Shown here: positions 42,768 through 52,126 of the stretch, piece by piece
Numbering within the stretch: position 1 is the first letter of the stretch
Layout: every line of letters starts with the position of its first letter
Assembly (NCBI GenBank): GCA_946497145.1
Contig: CAMMJA010000002.1
Span: 4,332-68,331 of the forward strand
From: an uncultured Mycoplasmatota bacterium
Lineage (GTDB): Bacteria; Bacillota_I; Bacilli_A; RF39; UBA660
Length of the DNA: 64,000 nt
Direction of reading: 5' to 3'
Translations under genes and position numbers: made by a program
Notes under the pieces: model-generated
What the model saw: the letters and a program-made list of their open reading frames with translations, nothing else
The model's database searches: none
What the model was told of the DNA's origin: nothing

Positions 42768-43252
42768 AAAAACACATCCTTATTGTACTTTTTAATAAAT
42801 ACTTAAATAATATGATATTTTGTTTATCTAAATTTAATCATATTATATCCTGTCATATAAAGTTATTCCATATTTTTTTAATAACTTTTAAAAAGTTAAT
42901 TCATGATTTTATATTTATTATATGAAAACTCAAAGTATCAAACAATTGATACCACTAAAAAAGTTATCTATAACTTTTACCAAAGATTATAATCTATCAC
43001 TGCTCACATTATAAAACTTTTGTTGCTATTTGTGAACAGATTTTATAAAATAATATAATGATCTGAACGAAAACTCGTAATTAAAAAACTAATATTAGTA
43101 TTTTTTTGAAGTTTTGTCTTTTTATTTACCATAAACCAAAAAGTACATTCTTCCAATTTTGAAATAATAAATTTATAATTGAAGTGTCAAAGAAAAAGAA
43201 CATTCACTCTTTGAATTTGGAAAAAGATTATGTGATATGAGGTGAAGAGAGT

Positions 43253-43699
43253 ATGCAAGAAATCAAAAAGGAAAAGAGAAATGAAAAGTTAATTCAAAAA
43301 CTATTAATTGTATGGGAAAGTTCTGTAAGAGCAACACATCAATTTCTATCAAATGAAGAAATTTTAGAAATTAAAAAATATGTACCTGAAGCATTAAACA
43401 GTATATCTCATTTAATTATCGAAACTGATGAAAATAGAAATCCTATTGCATTTATGGGGATTGAAGATAATAAACTTGAAATGTTATTTGTGACTTCTGA
43501 ATGCAGAGGGAAAGGTATTGGTAAAAACATGCTTTTACACGGAATAGAAATCTATGGTATAAATAATCTTTCCGTGAACGAAGATAATCCTCAAGCAAAG
43601 GGCTTTTATGAATACATGGGATTTAAGGTTTACGGAAGAAATGAATTGGATGATCAAGGAAAACCTTATCCAGTTTTATATATGAAATTAGAAAAGTAA
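43253..43699 (+). CDS. GNAT-family N-acetyltransferase
   Basis: The acetyl-CoA motif RGKGIGKNML is typical of GNAT. Confidence 0.88.
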   Translation: MQEIKKEKRNEKLIQKLLIVWESSVRATHQFLSNEEILEIKKYVPEALNSISHLIIETDENRNPIAFMGIEDNKLEMLFVTSECRGKGIGKNMLLHGIEIYGINNLSVNEDNPQAKGFYEYMGFKVYGRNELDDQGKPYPVLYMKLEK

Positions 43700-43958
43700 A
43701 TTACAATTTATAGAAGAAATCAACTTTAATTGGTTGATCTTTTTTATATAAAAAAATAAATACATTATCCAATGCATTTACTAGTTAAATAATCAAAAGA
43801 AATATTAATTTGTGAATTATGTATATAGTATTATAATCATTTCGTATATAAGATAATAAAATTATAAATTTAGATACTTTCATTTTTAAATCTTGATAGA
43901 TGAAAACAAAGTTCGCCTATTTTATATTTTTACCAAAAAGTGAAAATAACAATCAAAT

Positions 43959-43975
43959 TGGTGGAGCTGAGGAGA
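43959..43975 (-). other. tRNA 3'-end-like fragment (candidate att core)
   Basis: TGG-T-GGAGCTG-AGGAG has the CCA/discriminator/acceptor/T-stem layout seen in the two intact minus-strand tRNAs of the window. It lacks a T-loop and the rest of a tRNA. Confidence 0.3.
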
Positions 43976-44072
43976 AACAAAAGAACAATTTCTATTGTTA
44001 TTAAAACACTTGTAATATAAGAATTTATCGTTTTTTATTATCGCTCATAATTATATGTTTTTAAAAAAATCA

Positions 44073-44246
44073 CTAGTAATTATTGTCGTAAAAAAATAAT
44101 AAATCTTTGCTCAAAATAAAATTACTACCATCTATTGAATAAGAATATCGACCATCCCCTATCCTTATTATAATAGAACTACACTCTAAATCAAAATCTC
44201 TTTTAAACTGATCCAATTTTTTACCATACAAAATATATCCTTTCAT
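44073..44246 (-). CDS. small hypothetical protein (57 aa), below the ORF-track cutoff
   Basis: GAAAGGAGGAAACA-ATG then MKGYILYGKKLDQFKRDFDLECSSIIIRIGDGRYSYSIDGSNFILSKDLLFFYDNNY, translated by hand. Confidence 0.45.
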   Translation of the reverse strand: MKGYILYGKKLDQFKRDFDLECSSIIIRIGDGRYSYSIDGSNFILSKDLLFFYDNNY

Positions 44247-44428
44247 TGTTTCCTCCTTTCACCTAAAAAATAGCACAAAGAAAGAATGCATGCAAATAGG
44301 CATTTTTTTCAATTGTAGATATATATGTATTTAGTTTTTATGATTTGTTCGAAACAATTTTAAAAAATTCATAACTAAAATTACTTAAAAACAAAAAATG
44401 CTACCCGAAGGTAATTGTTTTTTTGAAT

Positions 44429-44533
44429 AAAAAAACGGGACTTAAAGTCCCTCAGGCATTAGTGCCTTAACACGGCAACTCAGTAATGAGGTACCGTGCC
44501 CGAAAACGAATCTAAAAATCTTTTAACGTTTTC
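44429..44533 (-). ncRNA. candidate ~105-nt sRNA with its own promoter and terminator
   Basis: Minus-sense promoter TTGACA (44567-44562), 16-nt spacer, TGaTACAAT (44548-44540). Four hairpins at 44533-44502, 44498-44471, 44466-44455 and 44451-44437, followed by a U7 tract. Confidence 0.4.
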
Positions 44534-44598
44534 AACACTATTGTATCAAAAATTAATAAAATGTCAATAAAAAATTTTTTTATTTTTTCAAAAAAGTA

Positions 44599-44628
44599 TT
44601 GACAACTACCTAGGTAGTATAGTATAAT
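44599..44628 (+). promoter_or_regulatory. sigma-A-type promoter with a palindromic spacer
   Basis: TTGACA at 44599-44604, 18-nt spacer, TATAAT at 44623-44628. The spacer contains the 14-bp palindrome ACTACCTAGGTAGT (44605-44618). Confidence 0.55.
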
Positions 44629-44657
44629 GAATGTGTAATTAAGGAAGGAGGCAATAA

Positions 44658-45152
44658 ATGGAGAAAAAGAAAAAATTGTCTGAGAAGTCGAAATACGATA
44701 TGAATTTAAGAAAGAAGCTAGAAAAAAAACAATTTAACACAGATTTAAGCAAAACAGATTATGAGGAATTAAATAATTTATTGAATAATTTCGAATTAAG
44801 TAAAGCGTTATTTATTAGAATTTCAACAAACAATTTAAAGAAAGGATTGATTAAAATGAGAAAATGTGATGAAATTAGAGACTACCTAAAAGGAAAAGAA
44901 ATAGAAATTGAATACGATGAGCGCGAAGATTTCGAATTGGGCAATTATTCTGCTCAATCCGAAGAGGATACGATCGAATTAGAAGACGGATATTTGTTTT
45001 ACATCGTAAATGCGGATGTAACTAAATGCCATATCGACATAGACAAAAGAACCGACCCAAACGACGTAGACGATAAATTTATAGATGACTCGTTTTTTGA
45101 TGGTTATTTTACTTATAACACGTTATGCAAATTGTTGGATTTAATTAAATAA
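44658..45152 (+). CDS. hypothetical protein with an N-terminal ribbon-helix-helix-like segment and an acidic C-terminal domain
   Basis: AAGGAAGGAGG SD. KKQFNTDLSKTDYEELNNLLNNFELSKALFIRISTNNL fits an RHH/MobC-like beta-alpha-alpha pattern. Opposite orientation to the late operon. Confidence 0.65.
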   Translation: MEKKKKLSEKSKYDMNLRKKLEKKQFNTDLSKTDYEELNNLLNNFELSKALFIRISTNNLKKGLIKMRKCDEIRDYLKGKEIEIEYDEREDFELGNYSAQSEEDTIELEDGYLFYIVNADVTKCHIDIDKRTDPNDVDDKFIDDSFFDGYFTYNTLCKLLDLIK

Positions 45153-45184
45153 AAAAAGGCGTTCCTTTTTGGGAACGCTTTTTA
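45151..45184. terminator. bidirectional rho-independent terminator
   Basis: A7-GCGTTCC-TTTTTG-GGAACGC-T5 between convergent genes. Confidence 0.7.
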
Positions 45185-46015
45185 ATTGCTTTCTAAATTG
45201 TCAATTCGAGATTTTAATTCATTGATGGCGTTTACCAATGACGTCTTGTCGGTTGTTTGCAAAGAACTTAATGCGGTTTTCCCTGTATATCCAGTAAGTT
45301 CCTTGTACATATTATTAGCGCCTTTACCATTGAATAAATTATTTGAGGCAATGGTATATACATCTGTACCGTCACCGATAGTGTTAATTTTCCAACTGCT
45401 ATATCGTGTGGCATTAAAGGCAGTTTCTCTGTGAATTATAGACATTTCTTGGTACTGCCCGTTAATCTGCGAACCGCTCGGCATAAATATGATTTGTGCA
45501 GGCATAATATTACTTGGATAACTTCTAGCACCATCATAAATAAATAATAAAAATTTTAAATATGCTAAGTTAGTTGGGTAATTTTTCAAATCTGATATTT
45601 TTGTTGCTTGAATAAAATAAATGCCTGGCTCTTTCAAATCGTCCAAATCAACAGGGGTTTCAGGAGTTGCGTTTATTACTGTAATACCACTTCCTCCAGT
45701 TGCTTGTAGAATACCAGTTAGAGGATCAATTTCTAATCCTTCGCCAACTTTAATTCCACCTAACACCTCAGAACTAGCAATTGGTAATTCATACGAAGCG
45801 CCTGGTTCACCTTGTGGACCTGGAGGACCGTCTTTGCCTTGTGGCCCCATAATGTTTCTTGTTTCTGGGTTTTCTAGCCCTTTATCGTTAGTCCACGAAA
45901 TGTTTCCTTCCAAATCGACATTTGGAATAAACGTTGCACCACTCAATAATTGAGTTGGCCCTGCGTTAATGCCTAACTTTTTTGGAACAGAAACATTTAA
46001 TTTAATTTCGCTCAT
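45182..46015 (-). CDS. tail-fibre-like protein with a short collagen-like repeat
   Basis: GPQGKDGPPGPQGEPG G-X-Y run. AAGGAGG-N9-ATG (MSEIKLNV). Confidence 0.78.
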   Translation of the reverse strand: MSEIKLNVSVPKKLGINAGPTQLLSGATFIPNVDLEGNISWTNDKGLENPETRNIMGPQGKDGPPGPQGEPGASYELPIASSEVLGGIKVGEGLEIDPLTGILQATGGSGITVINATPETPVDLDDLKEPGIYFIQATKISDLKNYPTNLAYLKFLLFIYDGARSYPSNIMPAQIIFMPSGSQINGQYQEMSIIHRETAFNATRYSSWKINTIGDGTDVYTIASNNLFNGKGANNMYKELTGYTGKTALSSLQTTDKTSLVNAINELKSRIDNLESN

Positions 46016-46319
46016 ATATTCCATCCTCCTTAATCGAAACGTCAAGTTGAGTGGTACTAACTACACCTAGATTTGTAGTTAACTCAAACTCTAAAATATA
46101 GTCGCCACTAGATAATTTCCCTGTTTTTTCTGGTGGAATCTCAACTTGAACTGTCGTTTGTTCCTGTGGAATAGTAATGATATTTTCATATATATATTCT
46201 CGATCATATACTGTTTTCATTAGTGCCACTTTTAACACATCATCTTTTTGAAACGAATACTCGCCCGCATCAATATTTAATAAGATTGTATCTCCTCTAA
46301 AATAATTAAAACCATCCAT
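46002..46319 (-). CDS. phage hypothetical protein
   Basis: 105 aa with SD AGAGAGG-N8-ATG. Lies immediately downstream of the endolysin. Confidence 0.68.
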   Translation of the reverse strand: MDGFNYFRGDTILLNIDAGEYSFQKDDVLKVALMKTVYDREYIYENIITIPQEQTTVQVEIPPEKTGKLSSGDYILEFELTTNLGVVSTTQLDVSIKEDGIYERN

Positions 46320-46321
46320 TT

Positions 46322-47326
46322 TTAATTACCTCTCTTCCAATATAATTTATCATTTTCAATTAAACCAACAATTTTATAATCTTTGGCCTCTTTGCATTCA
46401 AAGATCAATTTCGGTTGATCTTTCAACTGTTCTTCTAGATTCGTAATTTGACCTTGTAATGTTGCCTCATTCGCCTTAAACTGTTCGATTTGAGCATTTT
46501 GCTCTTGAATTTCTTTTTCTTTTTCCTCTAATTGTTTTTGCAGTTCTGCTATCATTACCGGATCTTCCTCCTCCTTTTTCGGATAATTGATTGTCCAATT
46601 TTCTGCTGTGGCTATCCACATTTTTTGGCCTATTTGCAACCATAAATATCCATCCTGCTCAGCAGTGTTTGTATAATTATAGATTCCCTTTTTTATATAC
46701 CCTAAAATTTCTCCATTTGGTGTCTTACGACATCTCAATTCATCGGCTATAACTTCTACTTGATTTACGTTTTCGTCTCTAGAAACAGGAGTTCCTACCG
46801 TTTTCGGAACATATTTCCAGTTCAAACCACCGTTATTGATTACGTGATACGTTTCATCTAGCCAAAGACAATCTTCTGGTTTTTTTCCATTATTGATTGT
46901 CCAAATCTGATTTGAATTTTGATACCACCCATTACCAGTAAATTTACCTTGTCCACATTCAATATGAACATGTGTAGCATATGTTCCTATTTTTCCAAGA
47001 CCTTTACTGCCTTCTTCATAAAACCGTTCTCCCTGCTTTATTTCTTTACCTACCCATAAGTCAGAGACGTCATTGTCATGAAGCAACATCATACACATAT
47101 AGTCTTGCGTTCCATCAGAATATAACACTGGGTTCAAAGACTCAATCCACACCTCGTTTGCGTCTAAAGTATATATTCTTTTGACAACACAATCGAACGG
47201 AGCGATAAGATAATCAATACCTGTATCGCTTCCTCCGTCATCAATGGCATACGTGCCAGCATGACTACCTGAACCATAACCTTGAGTAATCTTCATGTAA
47301 GGCATTGGGTACATCGCTCTTTGCAT
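46322..47326 (-). CDS. endolysin: M23 peptidase plus SH3-like domain plus C-terminal coiled coil
   Basis: M23-like GSHAGTYAIDDGG...ATHVHIE. SH3-like ELRCRKTPNGEILGYIKKG...WIA. Follows the holin gene. Confidence 0.85.
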   Translation of the reverse strand: MQRAMYPMPYMKITQGYGSGSHAGTYAIDDGGSDTGIDYLIAPFDCVVKRIYTLDANEVWIESLNPVLYSDGTQDYMCMMLLHDNDVSDLWVGKEIKQGERFYEEGSKGLGKIGTYATHVHIECGQGKFTGNGWYQNSNQIWTINNGKKPEDCLWLDETYHVINNGGLNWKYVPKTVGTPVSRDENVNQVEVIADELRCRKTPNGEILGYIKKGIYNYTNTAEQDGYLWLQIGQKMWIATAENWTINYPKKEEEDPVMIAELQKQLEEKEKEIQEQNAQIEQFKANEATLQGQITNLEEQLKDQPKLIFECKEAKDYKIVGLIENDKLYWKRGN

Positions 47327-47649
47327 TATCTTTTCACCACGATTTCTTCCAATTCTTCTTGCTTAGTGATCATTTCAGAGTATGGTTTTAGTTTACCCTC
47401 TAATGATTTATAAAGAGTATCTGCTCCAATAAAAGAAAACACTCCTACCCATAACGAATTAAACAAATTCACGTCTGTAAAAGCCAAACAAAAAAGGACT
47501 CCTAGTCCCATATTTACAATAAAACTGTATAACCCAATCCACTTGCTTGACTTGAACATCCCTTTTGTTTTTTGGACAAATGCACAAGTAACTACCCCTA
47601 GTGCTACTGCGACAATCAAAAGTTGTTGCAACAATTCTATATTTAACAT
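47326..47649 (-). CDS. holin
   Basis: 107 aa with three TMs and a charged C-terminus. AAGGAGG-N7-ATG. Its stop overlaps the endolysin start. Confidence 0.75.
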   Translation of the reverse strand: MLNIELLQQLLIVAVALGVVTCAFVQKTKGMFKSSKWIGLYSFIVNMGLGVLFCLAFTDVNLFNSLWVGVFSFIGADTLYKSLEGKLKPYSEMITKQEELEEIVVKR

Positions 47650-47661
47650 ATTTATTCCTCC

Positions 47662-48066
47662 TTAATTTAAACCAATTTTAGCTAAAACAAAAGCAATAAT
47701 TGCTCCCACAATGGCTGTTAAAACATAACTCGTAACTTTTTTCCACTTTTCTGAATTTGCGACAATCGTTTCTTGTTCGACTTTCGCGTCTAATTTTTCT
47801 AACTTTTTCTCGTTTTCGACCACTTTTTCTTTTAGTGCTAAGATCTCTTTTTCTTGAGCGTTGGTGCTTCTTATAATGGCTTCTTTGAAATTAGAAACGA
47901 CTGTTTTTAATTCTTCTGAGATGTTTTTCATTTCGTTAATGAAAACACTTAAAGATTTATCCAACTCATAAACTTGATTCTTATCTTTTTCCCTGTATTC
48001 CTCTAACAACGCAACTCTTTTTTCTAAACGCTTTATTTCATTTGAATTTACCTCACATTTTTCCAT
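47662..48066 (-). CDS. XhlA-like lysis-module protein (coiled coil plus C-terminal TM)
   Basis: Architecture and position match xhlA of PBSX-type lysis cassettes. AGGAG-N7-ATG (MEKCEV). Confidence 0.55.
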   Translation of the reverse strand: MEKCEVNSNEIKRLEKRVALLEEYREKDKNQVYELDKSLSVFINEMKNISEELKTVVSNFKEAIIRSTNAQEKEILALKEKVVENEKKLEKLDAKVEQETIVANSEKWKKVTSYVLTAIVGAIIAFVLAKIGLN

Positions 48067-48076
48067 ATTTCGACTC

Positions 48077-49225
48077 CTATTCATATATCGCTGTCACACT
48101 GACATTTGTCCAATAAGTGTCATGAACGATTGTTGCTGCGTTTGTGATCGCGTATATTGATAGATTAACCAATTCGTCCACTCCAGAACCCAAAAATGAA
48201 ACAGATTGATCCCAACGCGTTTGCCTTGCCGTCGCGTTGATGTTATGGTTTTCTTGATTGTAAGCCAAATAAGAACTAAATTCGGCATTATCAATTTGCA
48301 TGCCAATATTTATGATAAAAAATTTCACTCTTGAAGAAATTTTAATTTTACCACTTTCTAGAAACACCAATTCGTTTTCTTCATCGCTTTGGCTATCAAA
48401 AGTAATTGCGCTAGTTGCGTTTGCGTTACAAGTTTGATTTGATCCTTTAGTAAAAATGTTTTTTGTGAATTTATAATTGCCAATCAATTCAATTGCAGAA
48501 TTAACAGCGTCTACACTTGGGGCGTTTGTTGTTGATGAAGTCGCTAAACTATTTACAACTTCCCCGGTTTCTAACTCTGTTGATTTAACGGCCTTGATAA
48601 TATAATTAACTCCTATTGATGGTTGAGTTACATTAAACGGTTGGCTTCCTCCTTCATAAGCAACTAATAAATCGTTATACTCAGGAGATGCGTCAACACT
48701 CGTTCCTGCCATACCTCCATATCTACCGTTTGCACCTTCGCCAGTATATCTTACTTTATGACTATGGTTTGCCACCTCTTCAACTGTTTGCTCATGTTCA
48801 AACTCCCCGACAACATCGCCTAATGTTATCGTAACCTCTTTTTCATTTTTATCAGTATAAGTGCCTACACCGATGGCAACCAAGCCAGCTCTATTTGGTG
48901 TTCTGAAACTATTTGATGGTGTATCTTCTTTATTGAATCTATCACCACAAAATGTATATAAATCAGGATAATCCGCTTTTAAGTATTCATGATCAGTCCA
49001 TAGCCAAGTACCATCCGTTGGCAAAGTATCACTATGCCACTCGATCACGGTTCCGATGGGTATGCCAGATCCTTTACTACTTCCACCACCTGTAGAAATA
49101 CGTTCTGCTCCATAGTCCATATATGTATTGCCCGTTTCTTTTACATATAAAAGTTGGCCATCTTGAATTTGAACATTTTGTGCTTCTTCTTCTGTTGCTA
49201 CTCTTTTAAAAAAAACTTTTGCCCT
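48077..49225 (-). CDS. tail fibre with a phage tail-collar domain
   Basis: IGTVIEWHS...YPDLY...FRTPNRAG...GGSQPFNVTQPSIGVNYIIKA is typical of the tail-collar domain. Start uncertain: GGGAGG-N9-AGG at 49225, or upstream ATGs inside the preceding gene. Confidence 0.82.
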   Translation of the reverse strand, partial: RAKVFFKRVATEEEAQNVQIQDGQLLYVKETGNTYMDYGAERISTGGGSSKGSGIPIGTVIEWHSDTLPTDGTWLWTDHEYLKADYPDLYTFCGDRFNKEDTPSNSFRTPNRAGLVAIGVGTYTDKNEKEVTITLGDVVGEFEHEQTVEEVANHSHKVRYTGEGANGRYGGMAGTSVDASPEYNDLLVAYEGGSQPFNVTQPSIGVNYIIKAVKSTELETGEVVNSLATSSTTNAPSVDAVNSAIELIGNYKFTKNIFTKGSNQTCNANATSAITFDSQSDEENELVFLESGKIKISSRVKFFIINIGMQIDNAEFSSYLAYNQENHNINATARQTRWDQSVSFLGSGVDELVNLSIYAITNAATIVHDTYWTNVSVTAIYE

Positions 49226-49646
49226 AAATAAATTCCTCCCATTCTTCGTCACTTGTTTCATTCCAATTGATATTACTTTGAATATTCCACAAGTCGCCTT
49301 CATAATTCAAATTATTTTCTAATAAGGTTAAATTGTTAATCCATCGGTTTATATCTGAATAATCAAATGATTTTAACGGGTGATCAAATTCGTTTTTCAA
49401 CCAAATTTTATCAGGAATATATCCATTTGGTCGAAAAAAATAAAAGCTCATCGCGGAAATAGCTTTTTCAATATGATCAACCAACTGGATATAGACGAAA
49501 TCATTTAATGACCATGTATGTTTTTCATACACTGGTAATTCAGCAGTAATATCTCTAATTTGTTGGTTTAAAGTATCTATCTTGTTTTCGATAGTATTCA
49601 AATCTTGATAGCTCAAATAATTTGTTTCGTTATACTCTCTAATCAT
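49224..49646 (-). CDS. phage hypothetical protein
   Basis: 140 aa with AAAGGAG-N9-ATG. Lies between the tail-tip and fibre genes. Confidence 0.68.
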   Translation of the reverse strand: MIREYNETNYLSYQDLNTIENKIDTLNQQIRDITAELPVYEKHTWSLNDFVYIQLVDHIEKAISAMSFYFFRPNGYIPDKIWLKNEFDHPLKSFDYSDINRWINNLTLLENNLNYEGDLWNIQSNINWNETSDEEWEEFI

Positions 49647-52125
49647 TCAGAGTTACTCCTTTCAAACTTCCAGATAATCCTCCATCGAACTTCAACGTTT
49701 GTTCAGTAATTATAATATTACTAAAACCATATCTGGTCTCTAATTGTATTATATCTGTAATTTGTAGCGAAGGATCTCCGTTATACTCAATGTCGGCCAC
49801 ATAAAGACCATAGTAATCAAAAATAAATTTTGCAACTCTATTCATATCTGTTAAAGTTCTAATATACGGATTGCTAATAGAGATACTATCACCTTCAGCG
49901 ACTAAAGGATTACTTATAACCGTTTTTGTAGTCGTTTCTTCATATGTATAACCTTTTACAACCAATTCTATACTATCTTTCGTTGAAGAAAAGTATGTAA
50001 ATTTCAATCTATAGTAATTTTTTTCAATCAACGACAAATTACTTTCTGATATAACTGCTCCATCAATAGAAATTTGTAAGCTATTAAAATCGGTAGGTCT
50101 AGAATACGAGATATCAACATTATATTCATATCTGTATTCTTCTCCACTAGAAGTATATACAGTTACTTTTTTCCCTGATATAGTATCTTTAAAAACTTCT
50201 TCTTGTTCTGTTTTTTTGTTAGACATTGTTGTATTTTCAAAGACTACTTCCTTAACTAGATTTCTATTTGTCATCTTAGGATAATTCTTTTGACAGTTTA
50301 AATATAGTGTATCATATACTTCGGTTACAATATAATTTACAGAAACTGGCCCTTGAACCAAATTAGGAGTATACTTTCTTTCTGGATAAACCATAGAATT
50401 ACAAAAAATTGCCAATGACTGAATTTGCTCTGTATTGTTTTTAAAATTAGAATAACTATTATTAACCGTTCCATCGTATAATAAATTACATTTTGATTGT
50501 GCAAAAGACAATGACATTCTAGTCAAATCTTGCAACAAATCTTTAGCGTCATAGTTTCCGTTGTTAACTACTGTATATTGGCTACTATTTAATGGGCCAT
50601 CGGCTTTTAATCCAACAGTAGAATCGTTGCTGGTATAACTCGAGTAATTAAAAACTCCAAGCGGAACAAATTCATCGGCACAGTTTTTGAGCGAAATATA
50701 AGGTAAAAATTTTGTATTTTTATCTAACAATTTCAACAATGAATTTGGATTTATTTCATCAAACATACCATCGTAGTTGTTAAGATTCATTGAAAATGTG
50801 TTGTTTGGCATTTCTAAAGAAATGTTATCAACTTGTTCTGTTACAGAAAAATCTATAAGTCTTCGTCCTTCGTACAAGTAGGTAAAACCATTATCTATTT
50901 TATATATTTTTATTCTGTGGTCGTTACTCCATGACAATACATCGATTGTCATTTCTGCAATGTAATCATAGCCGTCACGAATATCTTCAAATTGAATATT
51001 ACAGATAGTTTCCGTATTGTTTCTTACTTTGATAGTTTCATCGTAATAATCTTCCAAACCATATTTTACATGTTTTATTACTACGTCAAAATTTTGGGCA
51101 TATCCATCTTGAAAATAAATAGTACACCCAAAAACACCATTATTACTAAAAATACCAATATCGTCACTTGCTGTTAATTTTTGTTTTATAACAACACTAT
51201 CCGTATCAAATGCTCCTATGTATCCTGCGTTTGGATTGACGAACGGAACGAATTTATAATTCAAATTCCCAACGACTGTTGCGTTTCTTCCATTAACAAT
51301 ATCTTCTATTTCGTTGCTTTCGGTTTGGAACAAATAATGTGAAACCAAGTTTTCTGTCATAACAATACCCGCACGTAGATATTCTTGATATATCATATTT
51401 GCAACTCCATAATATCGAGAATCGACAACATCATATACTGCCAACTCACTTATATTGAAATTGTTTGATACATCATTACCAAAAGTGATATTATTGATAT
51501 TCCCTGTATAATTACCGTTAACACAAACTGGTTGATTGACTCCTCCAACATTAACAGTAAAAATACTGTTTTCTGTTGTAGGATAGACACTAGCATACGC
51601 TCTATATCTAGTATTTAATTTTAAAATTTGAGGTTCGCCGTTTTGCATTTCATCTTCGCCATTAACAGTTGATTTGCTATATAAAGATCCATCCGTATTC
51701 ATTCCTACTTCAAATGAATAATTATCTCCACTAGCCGTAAAAAGAACGGACTGCTTGTAATCTGTAAACTCGATATCAAAAAGTAAGATCAACCCATCTT
51801 TTATATCAAGACTATATGAAATTTCCAAATGATTATTTCCAAAAACAAGAGCATAATTGTTATTTCTTGTTGGATCGTTTGGCAAAATAAAAGAACCATC
51901 TAATAAAAAACGTTGCGGTTCCAAAGTGGCATAATTTATAAAACACGGATCAGAAGAAAACACACTATCAGAATTAGTGATACTTGTTTCCTTTTCTCCA
52001 GTAATACCGACCAAGTTATTTCTGACATTGATTTCACTACCTCTATATAATGCTTTTACGCAACCTTTGATTTCACGATTTCTTGCTTTTATTGACTCTT
52101 TAAACTCTTTGCTTATATCGATCAT
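49639..52125 (-). CDS. tail-tip/baseplate structural protein (Tal position)
   Basis: About 828 aa, downstream of the tape measure and small tail protein. GAGGTG-N4-ATG (MIDISKEF). Confidence 0.78.
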   Translation of the reverse strand: MIDISKEFKESIKARNREIKGCVKALYRGSEINVRNNLVGITGEKETSITNSDSVFSSDPCFINYATLEPQRFLLDGSFILPNDPTRNNNYALVFGNNHLEISYSLDIKDGLILLFDIEFTDYKQSVLFTASGDNYSFEVGMNTDGSLYSKSTVNGEDEMQNGEPQILKLNTRYRAYASVYPTTENSIFTVNVGGVNQPVCVNGNYTGNINNITFGNDVSNNFNISELAVYDVVDSRYYGVANMIYQEYLRAGIVMTENLVSHYLFQTESNEIEDIVNGRNATVVGNLNYKFVPFVNPNAGYIGAFDTDSVVIKQKLTASDDIGIFSNNGVFGCTIYFQDGYAQNFDVVIKHVKYGLEDYYDETIKVRNNTETICNIQFEDIRDGYDYIAEMTIDVLSWSNDHRIKIYKIDNGFTYLYEGRRLIDFSVTEQVDNISLEMPNNTFSMNLNNYDGMFDEINPNSLLKLLDKNTKFLPYISLKNCADEFVPLGVFNYSSYTSNDSTVGLKADGPLNSSQYTVVNNGNYDAKDLLQDLTRMSLSFAQSKCNLLYDGTVNNSYSNFKNNTEQIQSLAIFCNSMVYPERKYTPNLVQGPVSVNYIVTEVYDTLYLNCQKNYPKMTNRNLVKEVVFENTTMSNKKTEQEEVFKDTISGKKVTVYTSSGEEYRYEYNVDISYSRPTDFNSLQISIDGAVISESNLSLIEKNYYRLKFTYFSSTKDSIELVVKGYTYEETTTKTVISNPLVAEGDSISISNPYIRTLTDMNRVAKFIFDYYGLYVADIEYNGDPSLQITDIIQLETRYGFSNIIITEQTLKFDGGLSGSLKGVTLND

Positions 52126-52126
52126 A

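Noticed and set aside
42768-43252. A 485-bp AT-rich intergenic region between mmcQ-like and GNAT genes, containing a 30-codon ORF at 42922.
   Set aside because: The ORF has no SD and I saw no structured or repeated element. The region is most simply a pair of divergent promoter regions.
43900-44004. A 34-aa ORF (MKTKFAYFIFLPKSENNNQIGGAEEKQKNNFYCY) with a GG motif that could suggest a secreted or leader-cleaved peptide.
   Set aside because: There is no SD upstream of the ATG. The N-terminus does not fit a double-glycine leader. The same bases are better explained as a tRNA 3'-end remnant at the prophage junction.
44260-44540. A type I toxin-antitoxin arrangement (a small hydrophobic toxin ORF antisense to the sRNA candidate).
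   Set aside because: The plus strand opposite the sRNA holds only 9-12-codon ORFs without an SD or hydrophobic character.
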